From Octopus sinensis (lineage: Eukaryota): DNA of 64,000 nt. Below, one piece after another: positions 12,590 through 25,830 of the stretch. The DNA lies in the NCBI RefSeq assembly GCF_006345805.1, contig NC_042999.1, positions 14,198,001 to 14,262,000 of the forward strand, read 5' to 3'. Position 1 is the stretch's first letter. Each line of letters starts with the position of its first letter. The notes below the pieces were generated by a model. The model saw nothing but the letters and a program-made list of their open reading frames with translations. It was not told the DNA's origin and made no database searches. Made by a program: the position numbers and the translations under genes.

Positions 12590-12991
12590 TTTCTTAAATA
12601 ACAATATCAATGCAATGACCAAACGAAGAAGTGAAATAAAATCTTTTCAACTGATATTCTACGTCTGAATTTTATGCCATACATTAAAATGCCTTCCAGA
12701 GGTTTCGTCTTATTGAAAAATTGTCAGCTTTGAAGCTTGACATGTTTTCTGAACATTGGCAATTTCTAATTTCGAGGAGAGAGTGTTAGTCGATATCATT
12801 GACCACAACACTAGTTCTGTTATTTTATTTTATTAACTCTGAAGCAATCAAAACTGAGAATTTTTAAATAAGACGAAACTTCTGGAAGGCATTTTAATGT
12901 GTGGCATAAAATTCAGATGTAGAATATCAGTTGCAAAGATTTTATTTCACTTCTCGGTTTGATCTTTGTACTGTCATTGTTATTTAAGAAA
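12590..12991. repeat. Inverted duplication with ~140 bp arms
   Basis: 12590-12731 is the diverged reverse complement of 12849-12991, e.g. tttatgccatacattaaaatgccttccagaggtttcgtctta / taagacgaaacttctggaaggcattttaatgtgtggcataaa. Confidence 0.8.
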
Positions 12992-13668
12992 GTTGACCCC
13001 GGTGTGAATTGAACTCTGAACGCAATGGGTCGGGAGGAATAGCTCTGGGCATTTTGTTCAATGCTCTAATGATTCTACCAATTCCCTGCCTTAGTTTCAA
13101 ATATGGCTCAAAGCTAACCATTTTAAAGAAGAGGTTAGTCAATACCATCTATCTTAGCACTTCACTGGCACTTTATTTTATGGCCCCCTGGAGGATGAAA
13201 GGTAAAGTTGACCTCGGCAGGAATTAAACTTAGAACGTTAATGCCTGGAATGAATGCCACAAAACATTTCTTTCCGACGCTTTAACGATTCTGCCAGCTC
13301 GTCGCCTTGTTGCCGGTAAAGGCTGCAATCCAAAATTAGCAATACAGAATGCGTATGATGTCCCCCCGTTTAAGTGAGGTAACGTTGATTCTTGGTATAT
13401 TATCAACAGTCTACAATCAGGGTTTGAATCGTGTCAAACTCGACTTTTCCTTTCATTCTCCCGGGGTCAATAAAATAAATTCCACCTTGTTTGTGGCGAT
13501 TAAAATCAACAGTGCCCTTTCCCACAAATGTGTGTCCCTTAAGCTTAAATTAGAAATCGTTACAAAAGAAGCTCCCTTCAGAGTAATTTGCTCAACAACA
13601 ATTGAAACATTGAGCTTTAGAGAAAAAGGTACAAATAGAAAATAGCCTATAACTCATAAATATTATTC

Positions 13669-13710
<42 letters not shown>

Positions 13711-13823
13711 GTTTCTTTTATTGGCCACAAGGGCCCAAGATATTGAGAACTACATCAAAAGACGAAATACCACACAAAAAAGGTGAGTTTACATCGATCA
13801 AAAGGGAAATAATAATAATAATG

Positions 13824-13867
<44 letters not shown>

Positions 13868-14659
13868 GTATTGCTTTCGGTCTTTTTTTTGTTGTTGTTG
13901 TTGTTATAATTTTGGTTAGTTTATTTTTGTTCCTGAAATGAAAAGAAAGAGCGCAAAACACTGACAAAATAGTTTAAACCCAAGGGACAGCGAAGTAGAA
14001 GTCGACATTTTTATAACTAACTACAAGGAAAAAATGTTCATGTAGTGAATGATGGAAACTGATATAAAAGACAATTGTGATGGCAAGAGTGAAAAAGTCG
14101 GATAATAAAATAGAAATTAAAAAAAACAAAATCGCAACAAAAAATAACAATTCTCCAGCCTTGAAAATACAAAAGGTGAGATCCGCCATTTCTTTTCAGT
14201 CGTAGTTAAAAAGGAATTCGTATGAACTGTAAAGAAGAAATATGGAAATAATAAAAATAAGAATAATGCAAAAAGAAATAAGGAAAGGAAGGAAGAAAGA
14301 AAGAAATTATTAAAATCCAAATAAAAGGAAATGAAATATTAATATTAAAAATCATTTCCGAAATTAAACATAGAACAATCGAGAAATCAAATAACATTAA
14401 AAATTAGATCATCAAGTTCAAATAGGATTTTTAGAATAAAGAATAAAGAGTAAAGAGTAAAAATGAAAAGAAAAAAAAAATATGAAAGACAATATGAAAC
14501 AAAAGCATAAAAAAATGAAAAATGAAAATAAAAAATAATAATGATAATAATAAAAATAATAATTGTCCATGCCGTACCATCTTATGCTAAATAACAAATC
14601 AAGCAATGAGCTGAGAGCCGTTTCAATGATGTTAGATTAGATAATAACAGAAGTAACAC

Positions 14660-15420
14660 ATGCGCACACTTGCACACACATGCACACACACACACACACA
14701 CACACACACGCAACACACACGCACACACACGCAACACACACGCACACACGCATGCAACACACACATAGGCACACATATTTATTCACTCATTCACGCACAC
14801 ACATACATATGCACACACTTACACATGCACGCACACACACACACACACGCAACACACTTACACACGTATGCAACACACACATATTTATTCACTCATTCCC
14901 GCACACTTATTTTCACACACATACATATGCACACACACACGCACACATACACACGCAACATACACACACACACACACACACGCATGCAACACACACATAT
15001 TTATTCACTCATTCACGCACACTTATTTGCACACACATACATATGCACACACACACACACATATGCACACACGCACACTCACTCGCTCACACGCGCACAC
15101 AAAACACATACATATACACACGCACGCATCATATTTACTCACGCAGTCACGCACATTTATTCTCTCTCTCATACACACACACACACACACGCATATACAT
15201 CCGCAAGCCCATATGCACGTAGACACATTTGCTCACACACACACACATTCACTCACTCACGCATGCATTTATTCACACTCTCTCATGCACACACACTCAT
15301 GTGCGGGCACACACACTCACCCCCCTGCACATATACATGCGTATACACACACGCACACACACACACACTCTCAAACACACACACACTCTCAAATACATAC
15401 TCACACACATACACACACAC
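14660..15420. repeat. Degenerate CA-rich satellite with a recurring CACATATTTATTCACTCATTC motif
   Basis: Direct reading; source of the 258/252/180 aa H/T-rich ORFs. Confidence 0.9.
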
Positions 15421-15709
15421 GCGGTTCAGAATATGAACCAACGCTTGCTAGGAATTGTGCAACCTCTGACAAAGAAAATTCTTTTGGAATGTCCTGCTGT
15501 AGAAAAAACTATAGTAAGACTTTAGATGCAGACAAGTATGAGTCGCTAAGAAGTTCGCTCTCCAGCCACGCGGTTTTGGGTTCAGTCCGACTTCGTGGCT
15601 CCTTGGGTAATTACCTTCTACTATAGGCCTAAGGTTGACCAGTTTCTTGTGAGTGAGAGAGTTTGGTACAAAGACTGTGTGGAAGCTGTTCATCTTGTGT
15701 ATGTGTGTA

Positions 15710-15742
<33 letters not shown>

Positions 15743-16910
15743 TGTGTGTGTGGTGTGTGCGTGTGTGTGTGTGGTGTGTGGTGTTAGTGCCCGATTACCC
15801 CTTGATAACTAGTGCTGGTCTGTTTATGTTCCTGTAACATAACGGTCTGGTAAAAGGGTATGTTACAAAAATAAGTCCTGGGGTCAGTTCGACTTGACCC
15901 TTCAGCACAGTGCCTCAGGATTGTTTTGCTGTCCAATGATGGAAACAAGTAGATATTTAAAAATGTATGTGTGTGTGTATTTTGTGTTTACTTTTTCAAA
16001 GCGGTGTTAGTTTGTTCACGGCTCTATAACTTAGTGGTTTAGCAAAAAAAGACCCAGATAAAATAAGCACCGAACTTTAAAAATAAGTCCTTGGGTCTCT
16101 TTTTTCGACTAACTCTACAAAGCGAGGCTGCAGCATGGCCGCGGCTCATGACTAAAACAAGTAAATGTGAAAAGCTTATAGGTGCAGTATGACTGAATGA
16201 GTAAGATATTTTCTTCACAGCTACAGAAGTCTTGGGTTCGATCCTCCAGCCTCGAGCTGATCCACATCTACCTTGTGGACGAAACTGAGTGGACGGAAAC
16301 CACATAGAAGCCCGCCGGGTTGAAGGTATCTGTAACTCAGAAGATTCAGCTTTGTCACACACTGTCTCGCTGATTCTGCTTAGTAAATGCGTTAAGGGTA
16401 CACACGTCTGCGGAATACTCAGCTGCTTATACGTTAGCATAGGAGCAGGGAAATCAATTAACTGATCAACTTAATCCTCTTCGTTGATCGACGGAGATCC
16501 ACCGCAGTGACTACAACTGCTGTTATTACTGATATGTTGCTCCAGGTCTTCTCTGAACGAGCAGCCTATGATCAGTGATGTTCTAACCATGACGATCTCG
16601 TCTTATCATTATCTTTTTAGACACAGTTACAGGTGTGGTTGTGTGGTTAAGAAGTTCGCTTTGCAGCCACATGATTTCGGGTTCGTTCCCACCGTACGGT
16701 ACCTTGTGTAATTGTCTTCTACTATAACCTTGAGCCGACCAGTCTCTTGTGAAAAAATTCGGTAGGCGGAAACTGTGTGGAAGTCCGTCGTATATGTGTT
16801 TGTGTCTTTGTATTTCTTTTTTCGCTGCTTGACAACCGGTGTTGATTTGTTTACGTTCTCGTAACTTGGTGGTTCAGCAAAAGAGACTAATAGAGTAAGT
16901 GCCAGACAAA

Positions 16911-17103
16911 ACATGAAATTACACGAAAATGGACAATGAAGAGAGCAACAGTCATCAAAATAGGTGTAAGGGTACCGGGAGCATTAACAAATAGATTTGA
17001 GAAATTTATTGAGGAAACTAGGATTGATATGAGGGTAGAACATACTCAGATAACTGCTTTATTGCGGACAGCGAGGATCCTGAGATTGGTACTTGATTGT
17101 TAA
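16911..17103 (+). mobile_element. 3' fragment of an R4/Dong-type (REL endonuclease) LINE
   Basis: Translation ...FEKFIEETRIDMRVEHTQITALLRTARILRLVLDC* resembles the QKxALLGTAxILRKVL C-terminus of this clade. Confidence 0.6.
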
Positions 17104-17542
17104 GTATGTTAAGTATCGTGGAAAGAGACCCTGTAAGACGTTTGACAACAGGCTACAGTCCGCTCTTGCAGAATTAACCGGAGGTAGTGAAATCGAGAAC
17201 TCTGGGAAGTGAAATGTAAATGTTAATAATGATGGTTTCAAATTTTGGAACAAGGCCAGAAATTTTGGAGGAGTGAGCAAATCGATTACATCGGACCCTT
17301 GATCGACTGGTACTTATTTTATCGACCTCGAAAAGATGAGGATGAAAAGCAAAGTCGAGCCCAGCGGCATTTGAACTCAGATCATAAAGACATGAAATGC
17401 CGCTAAGCATTTTGCTCGGTGTGCTAACAGTTCTGCCAGCTTACCTAAGTACTGGGGTCAATTTGTCCGACTGGACCCTTTAAGGCGGTGCCCAGCATGG
17501 CTGCAGTCAGACGACAGAAACAAGCAAACGATAAAAGATAGT

Positions 17543-17740
17543 GTGACCGCGTGTATATCGTTGGCGATTTTTTTCCTCTGTCTTCTCTTCTCTGGATCTT
17601 TCCTTTTCCTATGTTTCTGGCGAAGAGCTCCGCTCGAAACGTTAAACCCTCCTTCTTTCCTGAGCGTCCAATAACACTATACTTGTTCCACGTCCTCACG
17701 TTGTGTTTTCTCTTTGTCTTTTCATGTTTGGATTAACTTT
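17543..17740 (+). mobile_element. Family D hammerhead element
   Basis: Close homologue of 5245-5448. The hammerhead at 17613-17647 has a perfect helix I (GUUU/AAAC) but a mutated core (CUGGCGA). Confidence 0.75.
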
Positions 17741-17749
17741 ATATATATA

Positions 17750-18255
17750 CTAGCAGTATCGCCCGGCGTTGCTCGGGTTTGTAAGGGAAATAACTATATA
17801 AGCATTTTTAGAGAGTTACTTCCCTTATAAATTCGGGCTTTCTTAGCCATTTTTGTTTTGGTGTCTTCAAGCCATGAAGTCGTTGTTCTAAAAGAACGCT
17901 GGTTTCCTTCACAACGCATTACGACGTTGATTTCTTTACACTCCCTTCCCCACAGCTTCACGAGGGAGGGAAGGGGGAGAAGCAAACAGGTGCAGCTGTG
18001 AGCGTGGACGCCAACTCCGCCGCCATCGACACACGATGCATTTTATGCATTAAAATGGAATAAAAAATGATGTTAAATTATTTTTAAAATCGTAGACTCA
18101 TCGTTGACGCGCGCTAATAGTCAGACGGGCTCGATATGAATCACGACTATAAGATACCCGAATTTGGTTAAACTGCACCGCAAAATGTGGGAGGAGTTAG
18201 GAATCTAAATCGAAGGGGACAGACACTCACACAACTAGAGTTTTATATATATAGA
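17750..18255 (-). mobile_element. Non-autonomous Helitron
   Basis: Minus strand starts A|TC at 18255 and ends hairpin+CTAG|T at 17750. Same termini as 11967-12360 with a different internal segment. Confidence 0.85.
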
Positions 18256-18841
18256 TATATTGAATTACGTTATCCGATGTGTTCAGCCTTCTTAAAACCA
18301 TAAGGTGTGATGAAAAGGGAACTTTAATTGTTTTTCTGTTTTATGAAAATCAGATTGCTGAATATTCTCGTCTTAAACCCTAAAACGATTTCACTTGAAT
18401 TTAGATACTGATCTTGGCAACACCATGAACACACAAAGGTGTGTGTGTGTGTGTGTAAGCGGCCCCCATTTTCCCCCTCAATTTTCTTTTCCAAAGGAAA
18501 CCATTATTCTCTTATTTTAAGACATTGGTGCATTAATCGCCTACGCAACTAATATGTGTTACTAATTACTTCTTATTTTAATGAAAACACTAAAATATGG
18601 ATGTAGGAAATTATCTATGAGAGTATGCTAGAAGCTTTTCGAAACCAGTTAATTACTTTTCATTATCATTGCGCTTTAAATTCATTGATGTTGAGATTAT
18701 AATATCGATAATGAAATACTGTACCTGCTAAGAAATATCTTATAGCTCTAAATTTATCAAACTCAGAGTAATATTAACTAATAGTATTTACAAAACCGTA
18801 TAGGAAACTTATAAGGCCTTCTAATATCTTATATATATGTA

Positions 18842-19187
18842 CTCTTTTTTTGTTTCAGTCATTTGCCTGTGGCCATGCTGGAGCACCGCCTTTAGTCGGA
18901 CAAATCGACTAATACTTATTCTATCAGTCTATTTTGCTGAACCGCTAAGTTACGGGGATGTAAACACACCAACATCGGTTGTCAAGCGATGGTGGGGGGG
19001 GACAAACACAGACACACACACATACATATATACGACAAGCTTCTTTCAGTTTCCGTCTACCAGATTCACTCACAAAGCTTTGGTCGGCCCGAGGAAGACA
19101 CTTGCCCAAGGTGCCACGCAGTGGAACTGAACCCGGAGCCATGTGGCTGGTAAGCAAGCTACTTACTTGACAGCCACTCCTGCGCCT
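18842..19187 (-). mobile_element. SINE family A
   Basis: Match to the family consensus with small internal deletions. Confidence 0.85.
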
Positions 19188-19659
19188 ATATATAAGTTTC
19201 AAAGACAAAGGAACGAACGGAAAATTCATACACAAAACATGAACATGCTACTTCTTTCGTCAGTTATCTCATTGTAATTACGCCTTTAAACGATGATATT
19301 GTTCATTTTTGGTGGCGTCAGCAGTAAAAGCTGCTGAGAATAATGAGCGAACGAGGAGGAAAGTGTCGAAAACTAACAAATAGATATTTTGGTGTCAGAA
19401 ATTTACTAAACTAGGTTTTTTTTTTTACGTTTCATATGATAACTATATTTTGGCACCGTTTCCTTTCAGATAGTTCTTTTGGGATTATTTTTAGCGATGT
19501 TATTGCATCATCCATACCTAAAACATTACTCACAAGTTCTCTTCCAAAAGGTCGTCCTTTGCTGCCCATGATCCTGTTTGAATCCCATCTGTGTAAGTGG
19601 TCCCTCTTCCACTTCAGTTTCATTTTAGGATATATAGCAATGTCAAGATGCCACTGCTT

Positions 19660-19995
19660 TTGAGTGAGTGTCAAGAGATGGGGAACAGACTTCGTAGAAA
19701 CACGATACACATTCGCTTTTTCTATGAGAATCTCTTCATAGATTCCATAACTAATTAAATGATCCCTTTCATGCGAGAGGGAGCCGATGGATTGCTTGGT
19801 GACAATCCTCATGGATGAATTCGTAAATTTTATTTTGATATTTTCTGGAATTTTGTTCGTGCTTTGTCGCCCTGAATAATAATCAACTTAAACAAGCACT
19901 CGACCAACCTTGAAATGTGCATGTTTTTCAAACTCGAGTTCGACCAACAGAATGTTCGCCAAAAGCATAACGAAGCATTTCGGGAATCTTGATAG
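19660..19995 (-). mobile_element. Decayed mariner transposase N-terminal remnant
   Basis: Frameshifted translation EMLRYAFGEHSVGRTRV...ISYGIYEEILIEKANVYRVSTKSVPHLLTLTQKQ; the HTH region and the WVPHxL-like linker are recognisable. Confidence 0.7.
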
Positions 19996-20511
19996 CAGAT
20001 TCACTGAACTTAGAACCAAATTCGATGTAGGTACGGTGCTCGTATTTGTCGGCCATAGTAAAAATCTCAGGTCCCTTTTATAACAACCTTACTAAAACTT
20101 GTGCAATAGCTGAACTCTAGTAGGAAGTCTAACACCTATTTGTAGACTGACTCCATAGGCTGACTGCTACCAGTGATCGTCAGCTGCGCACTCATTTCCC
20201 TCAAACAGTACAAACACAGCACATGGATCCAGAAATGTTTTTTATAACATCTCAAAATATGGATGTTACATCTTTAAAACGTAAAATTGCATATATATAT
20301 ATATATATAATTAAGTTTTCTGAAGAGTACAAGATTAACTGTTAGTTTGAGCGATCATAGAATTAAAAGAGTCATACAGCATCGTACTGTCGAATACACA
20401 ATACTGGGCGAAAAGCTTAGAGGTATTTCGTCTGCTCTCCCGAAATTGCTGCCCTTGTGGCAAAATTTGAAACCATTATTATTATTGTTAGTTGTTCATA
20501 AGTCAGAAAAT

Positions 20512-21690
20512 AATATTAGGTCATCCTATAAATAATGCGTTTTTTTTTTCAATTGCATGAACTAAAAATCGGAGGGGTACAGGATAAACTACTGACATCA
20601 ACATGCTATAAAAGCAGGTAGTAATTTTACTTTGTCCTTATTCTTAGTGCAAGTTTTGAAGAGTGCAGTTCAATTTTAACAGTTATTTATTCAAAGCTAT
20701 AATGGAAGTAACAAACGAGCATATTCGGTATATTTTGCTTTATGAGTTCAATAAAGGCAACTGCGCAACGGACAGTGCGAGGAATATTAATGCAGTATAT
20801 AGGGATAGGACAATAAGCGTAAGCCAGTGTCATCGGTGGTTCCAGAAATTCGGAGCCGGAAACTACAGCCTAGAAAACGAGCCTCGTCCTAGAAGATCTG
20901 TAGAGCTCGACGAGGACGTCCTGCAAATCCTGGTGGAACAAAATCCCATAACTGTTGAGGAACTAGCAGAGAAGCTTAGATTTGAGCAATCAACCATTCA
21001 TCGACACCTGCGTGCTATCAGAAAAGTCAGCAAATTAGGTTAATGAATTCATCACAAACTGTCCGATTCTAATCGTACACAGAGAGTGAATGTGTGCTCT
21101 TCTTTGCTGTCACGTCTCACGAATGAACCTTTTTTGGCCCAAAGAGCGACTGAATATGAGAAATGGGTTATCTATAAAAATGTCAAGCGCCGAAGACAGT
21201 GGAAAGGAGAAACACCGGCACCCCAGGCTAAAGAAGGTCTTCACACACGTAAGGTGTTGTTATCTGTTTGGTAGGATATGAAAGGTTTAGTCCACTTTGA
21301 ACTTTTAAACCCCAACTAAACGATAACAAAGTCTAAGTCAGAGCTAGTGGCATCTTTGGTTTCAAGACGAAAGGTGTTCTTCAATCAGGATAATGTTCAG
21401 CCACATACAGCAAGGATGATATTCCAAAGGCTGGAGCAGTTTGAATGGGAAACGATGCCCCACCCACCATATTGGCTGGACATTGATTGCCCCGTCTGAT
21501 TATCATTTATTCCGCAGTCTTCAAAATCATTTGGACGGAAAAAATATGAATTCTGTAGACGAGGTCAGAACAGTACTGGAGAAGTATTTTTCGTCACATA
21601 CAAGTGAATTTTAGAAGAGGGAACTTTCAAGTCTACCAGACAGATGGAAAAGCATTGTAGAAAATGAAGGAGAGTATATTTTAGATTAAA
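20512..21690 (+). mobile_element. Near full-length mariner, transposase pseudogene
   Basis: TATTAGGT left end. MEVTNEHIRYILLYEFNKGN...; QDNVQPH (HDNAxPH equivalent), PHPPY...PSDYHLFRSL. Multiple stops, frameshifts and an internal deletion. Confidence 0.9.
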
Positions 21691-22020
21691 AAGGAACTTT
21701 ATCTTAATTTTGAAAAATAAAAGAAATATGAGAAATAACCAGTAATGTATTGCTCTATGATATAAAATATTTGTGTGTCTGTTCCTTCGCTGTAAAGGCG
21801 CGTGGTTAAGAGGTTAGGGTATTCAGTTGACGGTTGTAAGGTTGTAAGTTCGATTTCCGGCGGCGCAATGTATCCTTGAGAAAGACGATATATTTCACTT
21901 TGCTGTAGTCCACTCAGCTGGCAAAAAGGAATAGTACCTGTATTTCAAAGGGCCAGCCTTGTCACACTCTGTCACATAATCTCCCTAAGAACTACGTGAA
22001 GGGTATGCGCATCTGTAAGG

Positions 22021-22250
22021 CGGCGATCTGGCAGAAACGTTAGCGCGCCGGGTGAAATGCTTAGCGGTATTTCGTCTGCCGCAACGTTCTGAGTTCAAAT
22101 TCCACCGAGGTCGACTTTGCCTTTCATCCTTTCGGGGTCTATTAAATAAGTACCAGTTACGCACTGGGGTCGATATAATCGACTTAATCCGTTTGTCTGT
22201 CCTTGTTTGTTCTCTCTGTGTTTAGCCCCTTGTGGGTAGTAAAGAAATAG
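22021..22250 (+). mobile_element. SINE family B
   Basis: Full-length; inserted into an older family C-like SINE. Confidence 0.85.
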
Positions 22251-22764
22251 GTATGCATATCTGTGGAATGTTCAGTACGTTAATTTCCCGAGCAGGCTGT
22301 TCCATTGATCAGATCGTCGTCGTATCAACAGAGCGTTAGTCCCTTCGCCCTTCGCCACTTGACAGCTGGGGTTCGTTTATTACAGTCCTATAACTTAACA
22401 ATAAGGCAAAAGTAACCGGTAGGATAAGTACCAGACTTTAAAACATAAGTGTTTGGGGTAGGTTTCGACTAAACCTACAAGCAACCCCGTATTCCAGCAT
22501 GGTTGCAGTCCAGTGACTGTCACGAATAAAAGAATAATAGAATAGCAATGACAATTTACATATGAAATGGAATTGCGCACAGTAAGAGGGAAAAAACTAT
22601 TAACTTTTCCATAAATAGATGTCAATCTATTCTTTCTTTGATTAGATGTCAAAAGTTAACAGACTTTTTCCACAGCAAAATTGAAAGAAAGGAAATATTT
22701 ACTTTATTAATAGAGTCATTCTATTTACCAAAATGATAATTTTATTTCCTTATATAGGCACAGA

Positions 22765-22918
22765 AGTGGCTATGTGGTAAGAAGCTTGTTCCCAACTACA
22801 TGGTACCGGGTTCAGTTCCACTGTGTGGCACCTTGGGCAAGTGTCTTCTACTATAGCCACGGGCTGATCAAAGCCTTGTGAGTGGATTTCGTAGACGGAA
22901 ACTGAAAGAAGCCCGTAG

Positions 22919-23012
<94 letters not shown>

Positions 23013-23048
23013 GCTAGCTAGCTAGCTAGCTAGATAGCTAGCTATCTA

Positions 23049-23097
<49 letters not shown>

Positions 23098-23265
23098 TTG
23101 TGTGTCTGTGTTTGTCTCCCCGCCATCGCTTGACACACCGATGTTGGTGTGTTTACGTCCCTGTAACTTAGCGATTTGGCATTAGAGACCGATAGAATAA
23201 GTACTAGGCTTACAACGAAGAAGTCCTGGGGTCGATTTGTTCGACTAAAGGCGGTGCTCCAGCAT
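22765..23265 (+). mobile_element. SINE family A with expanded internal (TCTA)n/(GCTA)n/(TCTG)n
   Basis: Head and tail match the family; the internal SSR site is expanded to ~170 bp. Confidence 0.85.
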
Positions 23266-23790
23266 GGCCGCAGTGAAATGACTGAAACAAGTAAAAGAAA
23301 AGAATAAAAGAATATTCTTCTGCATTCATTATTCTGAGACGTATTCCGCTTAGGTCGACTTTGCCTTTCATCCTTTCGGGGTCGATTAAATAAGCACCAG
23401 TTACACACTGGGGACGATGTATTCGACTATCACCCCCCACTCCTAATTTCAGGCCTTGTACCTATTATAGAAAGGATTATTCTGAGACGTACATATTAAT
23501 TGCTGGAAGGGACAGCATATTTCGTTTTGCAACCATAGAATACCACCAAGTATATTAAAGGTTTATTAAAAGTCAATACTGTGTCTTGCTTTTTGCATTG
23601 GTAGTGCGATTCAGTCATTTGAAAGTTATCTCTTGCGATTTACTATAGAATTTAGATCTAACTCAAACATAATTATTCTGAGAGTTAGAAACTGAGGCAA
23701 GAGGACAAGAAACACGTCTCGAGTTGTCACACCAAACCAGATACATTCTGAAATCCTGGCACTGGAAACGACCAATACAGACATGAGTTA

Positions 23791-24012
<222 letters not shown>

Positions 24013-24635
24013 TCAATATTTTTATCCCCGATACGTGCTTTGAAATGATTCGCCATCATCCACAACTGGAGATGAGATTACTGTCTTGCGTCCCAGAATC
24101 CAATAGGGCTAGCTACCCGGTATCCATAGCATATAAGTAACCGAAATCACAACATTGCCCCAGACAGGGAAATCAGTCTATCTCAGAATTACTTATTTAC
24201 ATATGAATGAACTGAAGGAACGTTAAATGAAGAGTTTGTCTCAAGAACAAAACACATTGCCTGGTCCGGGAATTGAAACCACGACTTTACGAACGCAAGA
24301 GTAAATACCTTTGAAATGATCGGCTAAGTTAAAACTAACATTAGATTATCTGATATTAATAGAAGACATTTTATCAAGAAATCGTGTGACACAATTTTGT
24401 GTATGTGTGAGGATTGTAATAGGAGCTATTAATAGATAAGACAGATATGCACATATGACAACGAATGAAGTTATTTCTTAGATCAGCATAACAAGTTGTA
24501 ATAAATCCGAGCAATATGAAACCTTTGTGAAACGATGAATTTGCATAAACGAGCAAAGTAATTTGTAAAACGTGATTTATAACCTACGAGTATGCGTCAA
24601 TCCTCCAATCCTAGCACAGAATGTCGAGTGTATGA

Positions 24636-24870
24636 AGGCGGCGAGCTGGTAGAAACGTTAGCACGCCGGGCGAAATGCTTAGCAGTATTTCATCTACTGT
24701 TACGTTCTGAGTTCAAATGCCGCCGAGGTCGACTTTGCCTTTCATCCTTTCGGGGTCGATAAATTAAGTTCCAGTTACGCACTGGGGTCGATGTAATCGA
24801 CTTAATCCCTTCGCCTGTCCTTGTGTCCTCTCTATGTTTAGTCCCTTGTGGGCAATAAAAAAATAAGATA
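24636..24870 (+). mobile_element. SINE family B
   Basis: Full-length match. Confidence 0.85.
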
Positions 24871-25029
24871 TAAGAATGTCGAGCGTATGAACAAAGAAGA
24901 AAGAAAAACAATAACAAACCAAAAAATCCTTTCTTATTTTGGCACAGGGCCAGCAATTTTGAGGGGAGGGAAAGTCAGTTACATCGGTCCCTGTGCTTGA
25001 CTGGTACCCATGGATAAACTCTCAAAGGC

Positions 25030-25362
25030 CTGTTAGGAATTCAGCCTGACTGTTAGTCTGAAGAAAACCAACATAATGGGCCAAGGTGTCAACTCCCTCT
25101 ATCACCTCACCAGCAACGATTACGTGCTGAAGGTAGTCTATGAATTCATCTACCTCGGCTTTACCATCACTGATAACCTCTCCTTAGATCAGCAGGCGAG
25201 TTGGACGAGTATCCTCCACATTTTGTCAAGCTTACAAAGAGAGTCCAAGATTGCTATCTATAAGGCGTACGTCCTCAGCACACTGCTTTACTACACACTG
25301 CTTTAGCGAGACATAGAGTCTCCACTCCAGACAGGAGCGGCGCCTCAACATCTTCCACCTTG
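25030..25362 (+). mobile_element. RTE-clade LINE reverse-transcriptase C-terminal fragment
   Basis: LKVVYEFIYLGFTITDNLSLD, KIAIYKAYVLSTLLY and HSRQERRLNIFHL match RTE motifs. Confidence 0.75.
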
Positions 25363-25539
25363 ATATATATACATACACACACACACCTGTTGAGTTGACC
25401 TACTAGCAAGAGCAACTAAATCTTTCTCAAATAACACACTAACTCTATAACGTCTTAAAATAGTAGGGCCACATGAGACAATGTGGTTTAAAATGCACAA
25501 TTGTCTGAGAAAATAAATATTCAACCATGAGATGAGAAC

Positions 25540-25830
25540 TGAAACAATTTTGATTCAAAGCTGACTGGGAGCAAACCAGCAACCACGACTTCAAAGAATT
25601 AGCAATTATGTGATTTAATATAATGTGCAGCTGGTTTGCAATTTCGAGTTCAATGTATCTTAGGAGCTTGAAAAAGAAAAAAAAATACAGAAGCCGCTTC
25701 AGTGTATCCACTGTGAAGGAAGACCCTAAGCAACATCGATCAAATGTCGTTGGATCTGAATTCTAATTCTGACAACGAATTACGTGTGATTATTGATGTG
25801 AAGGAATCTATATTACGTTTAACAGCCAAA
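25540..25830 (+). mobile_element. Possible decayed hAT transposase C-terminus
   Basis: Fragments KYRSRFSV and ELRVII resemble the hAT dimerisation domain; heavily degraded. Confidence 0.3.

Noticed and set aside
14660-15626. His/Thr-rich ORFs
   Set aside because: CA-repeat artefacts.
18330-18410. Other LRR-like translations (also ~2340-2430, ~6330-6450, ~8290-8390)
   Set aside because: AT-rich DNA readily gives L/F/I/N patterns; splice sites, phase or strand do not fit.
20314-20378. CTGAAGA plus hairpin as a hammerhead
   Set aside because: GAAA is missing (reads GAGCGATCATA); at best a dead remnant.
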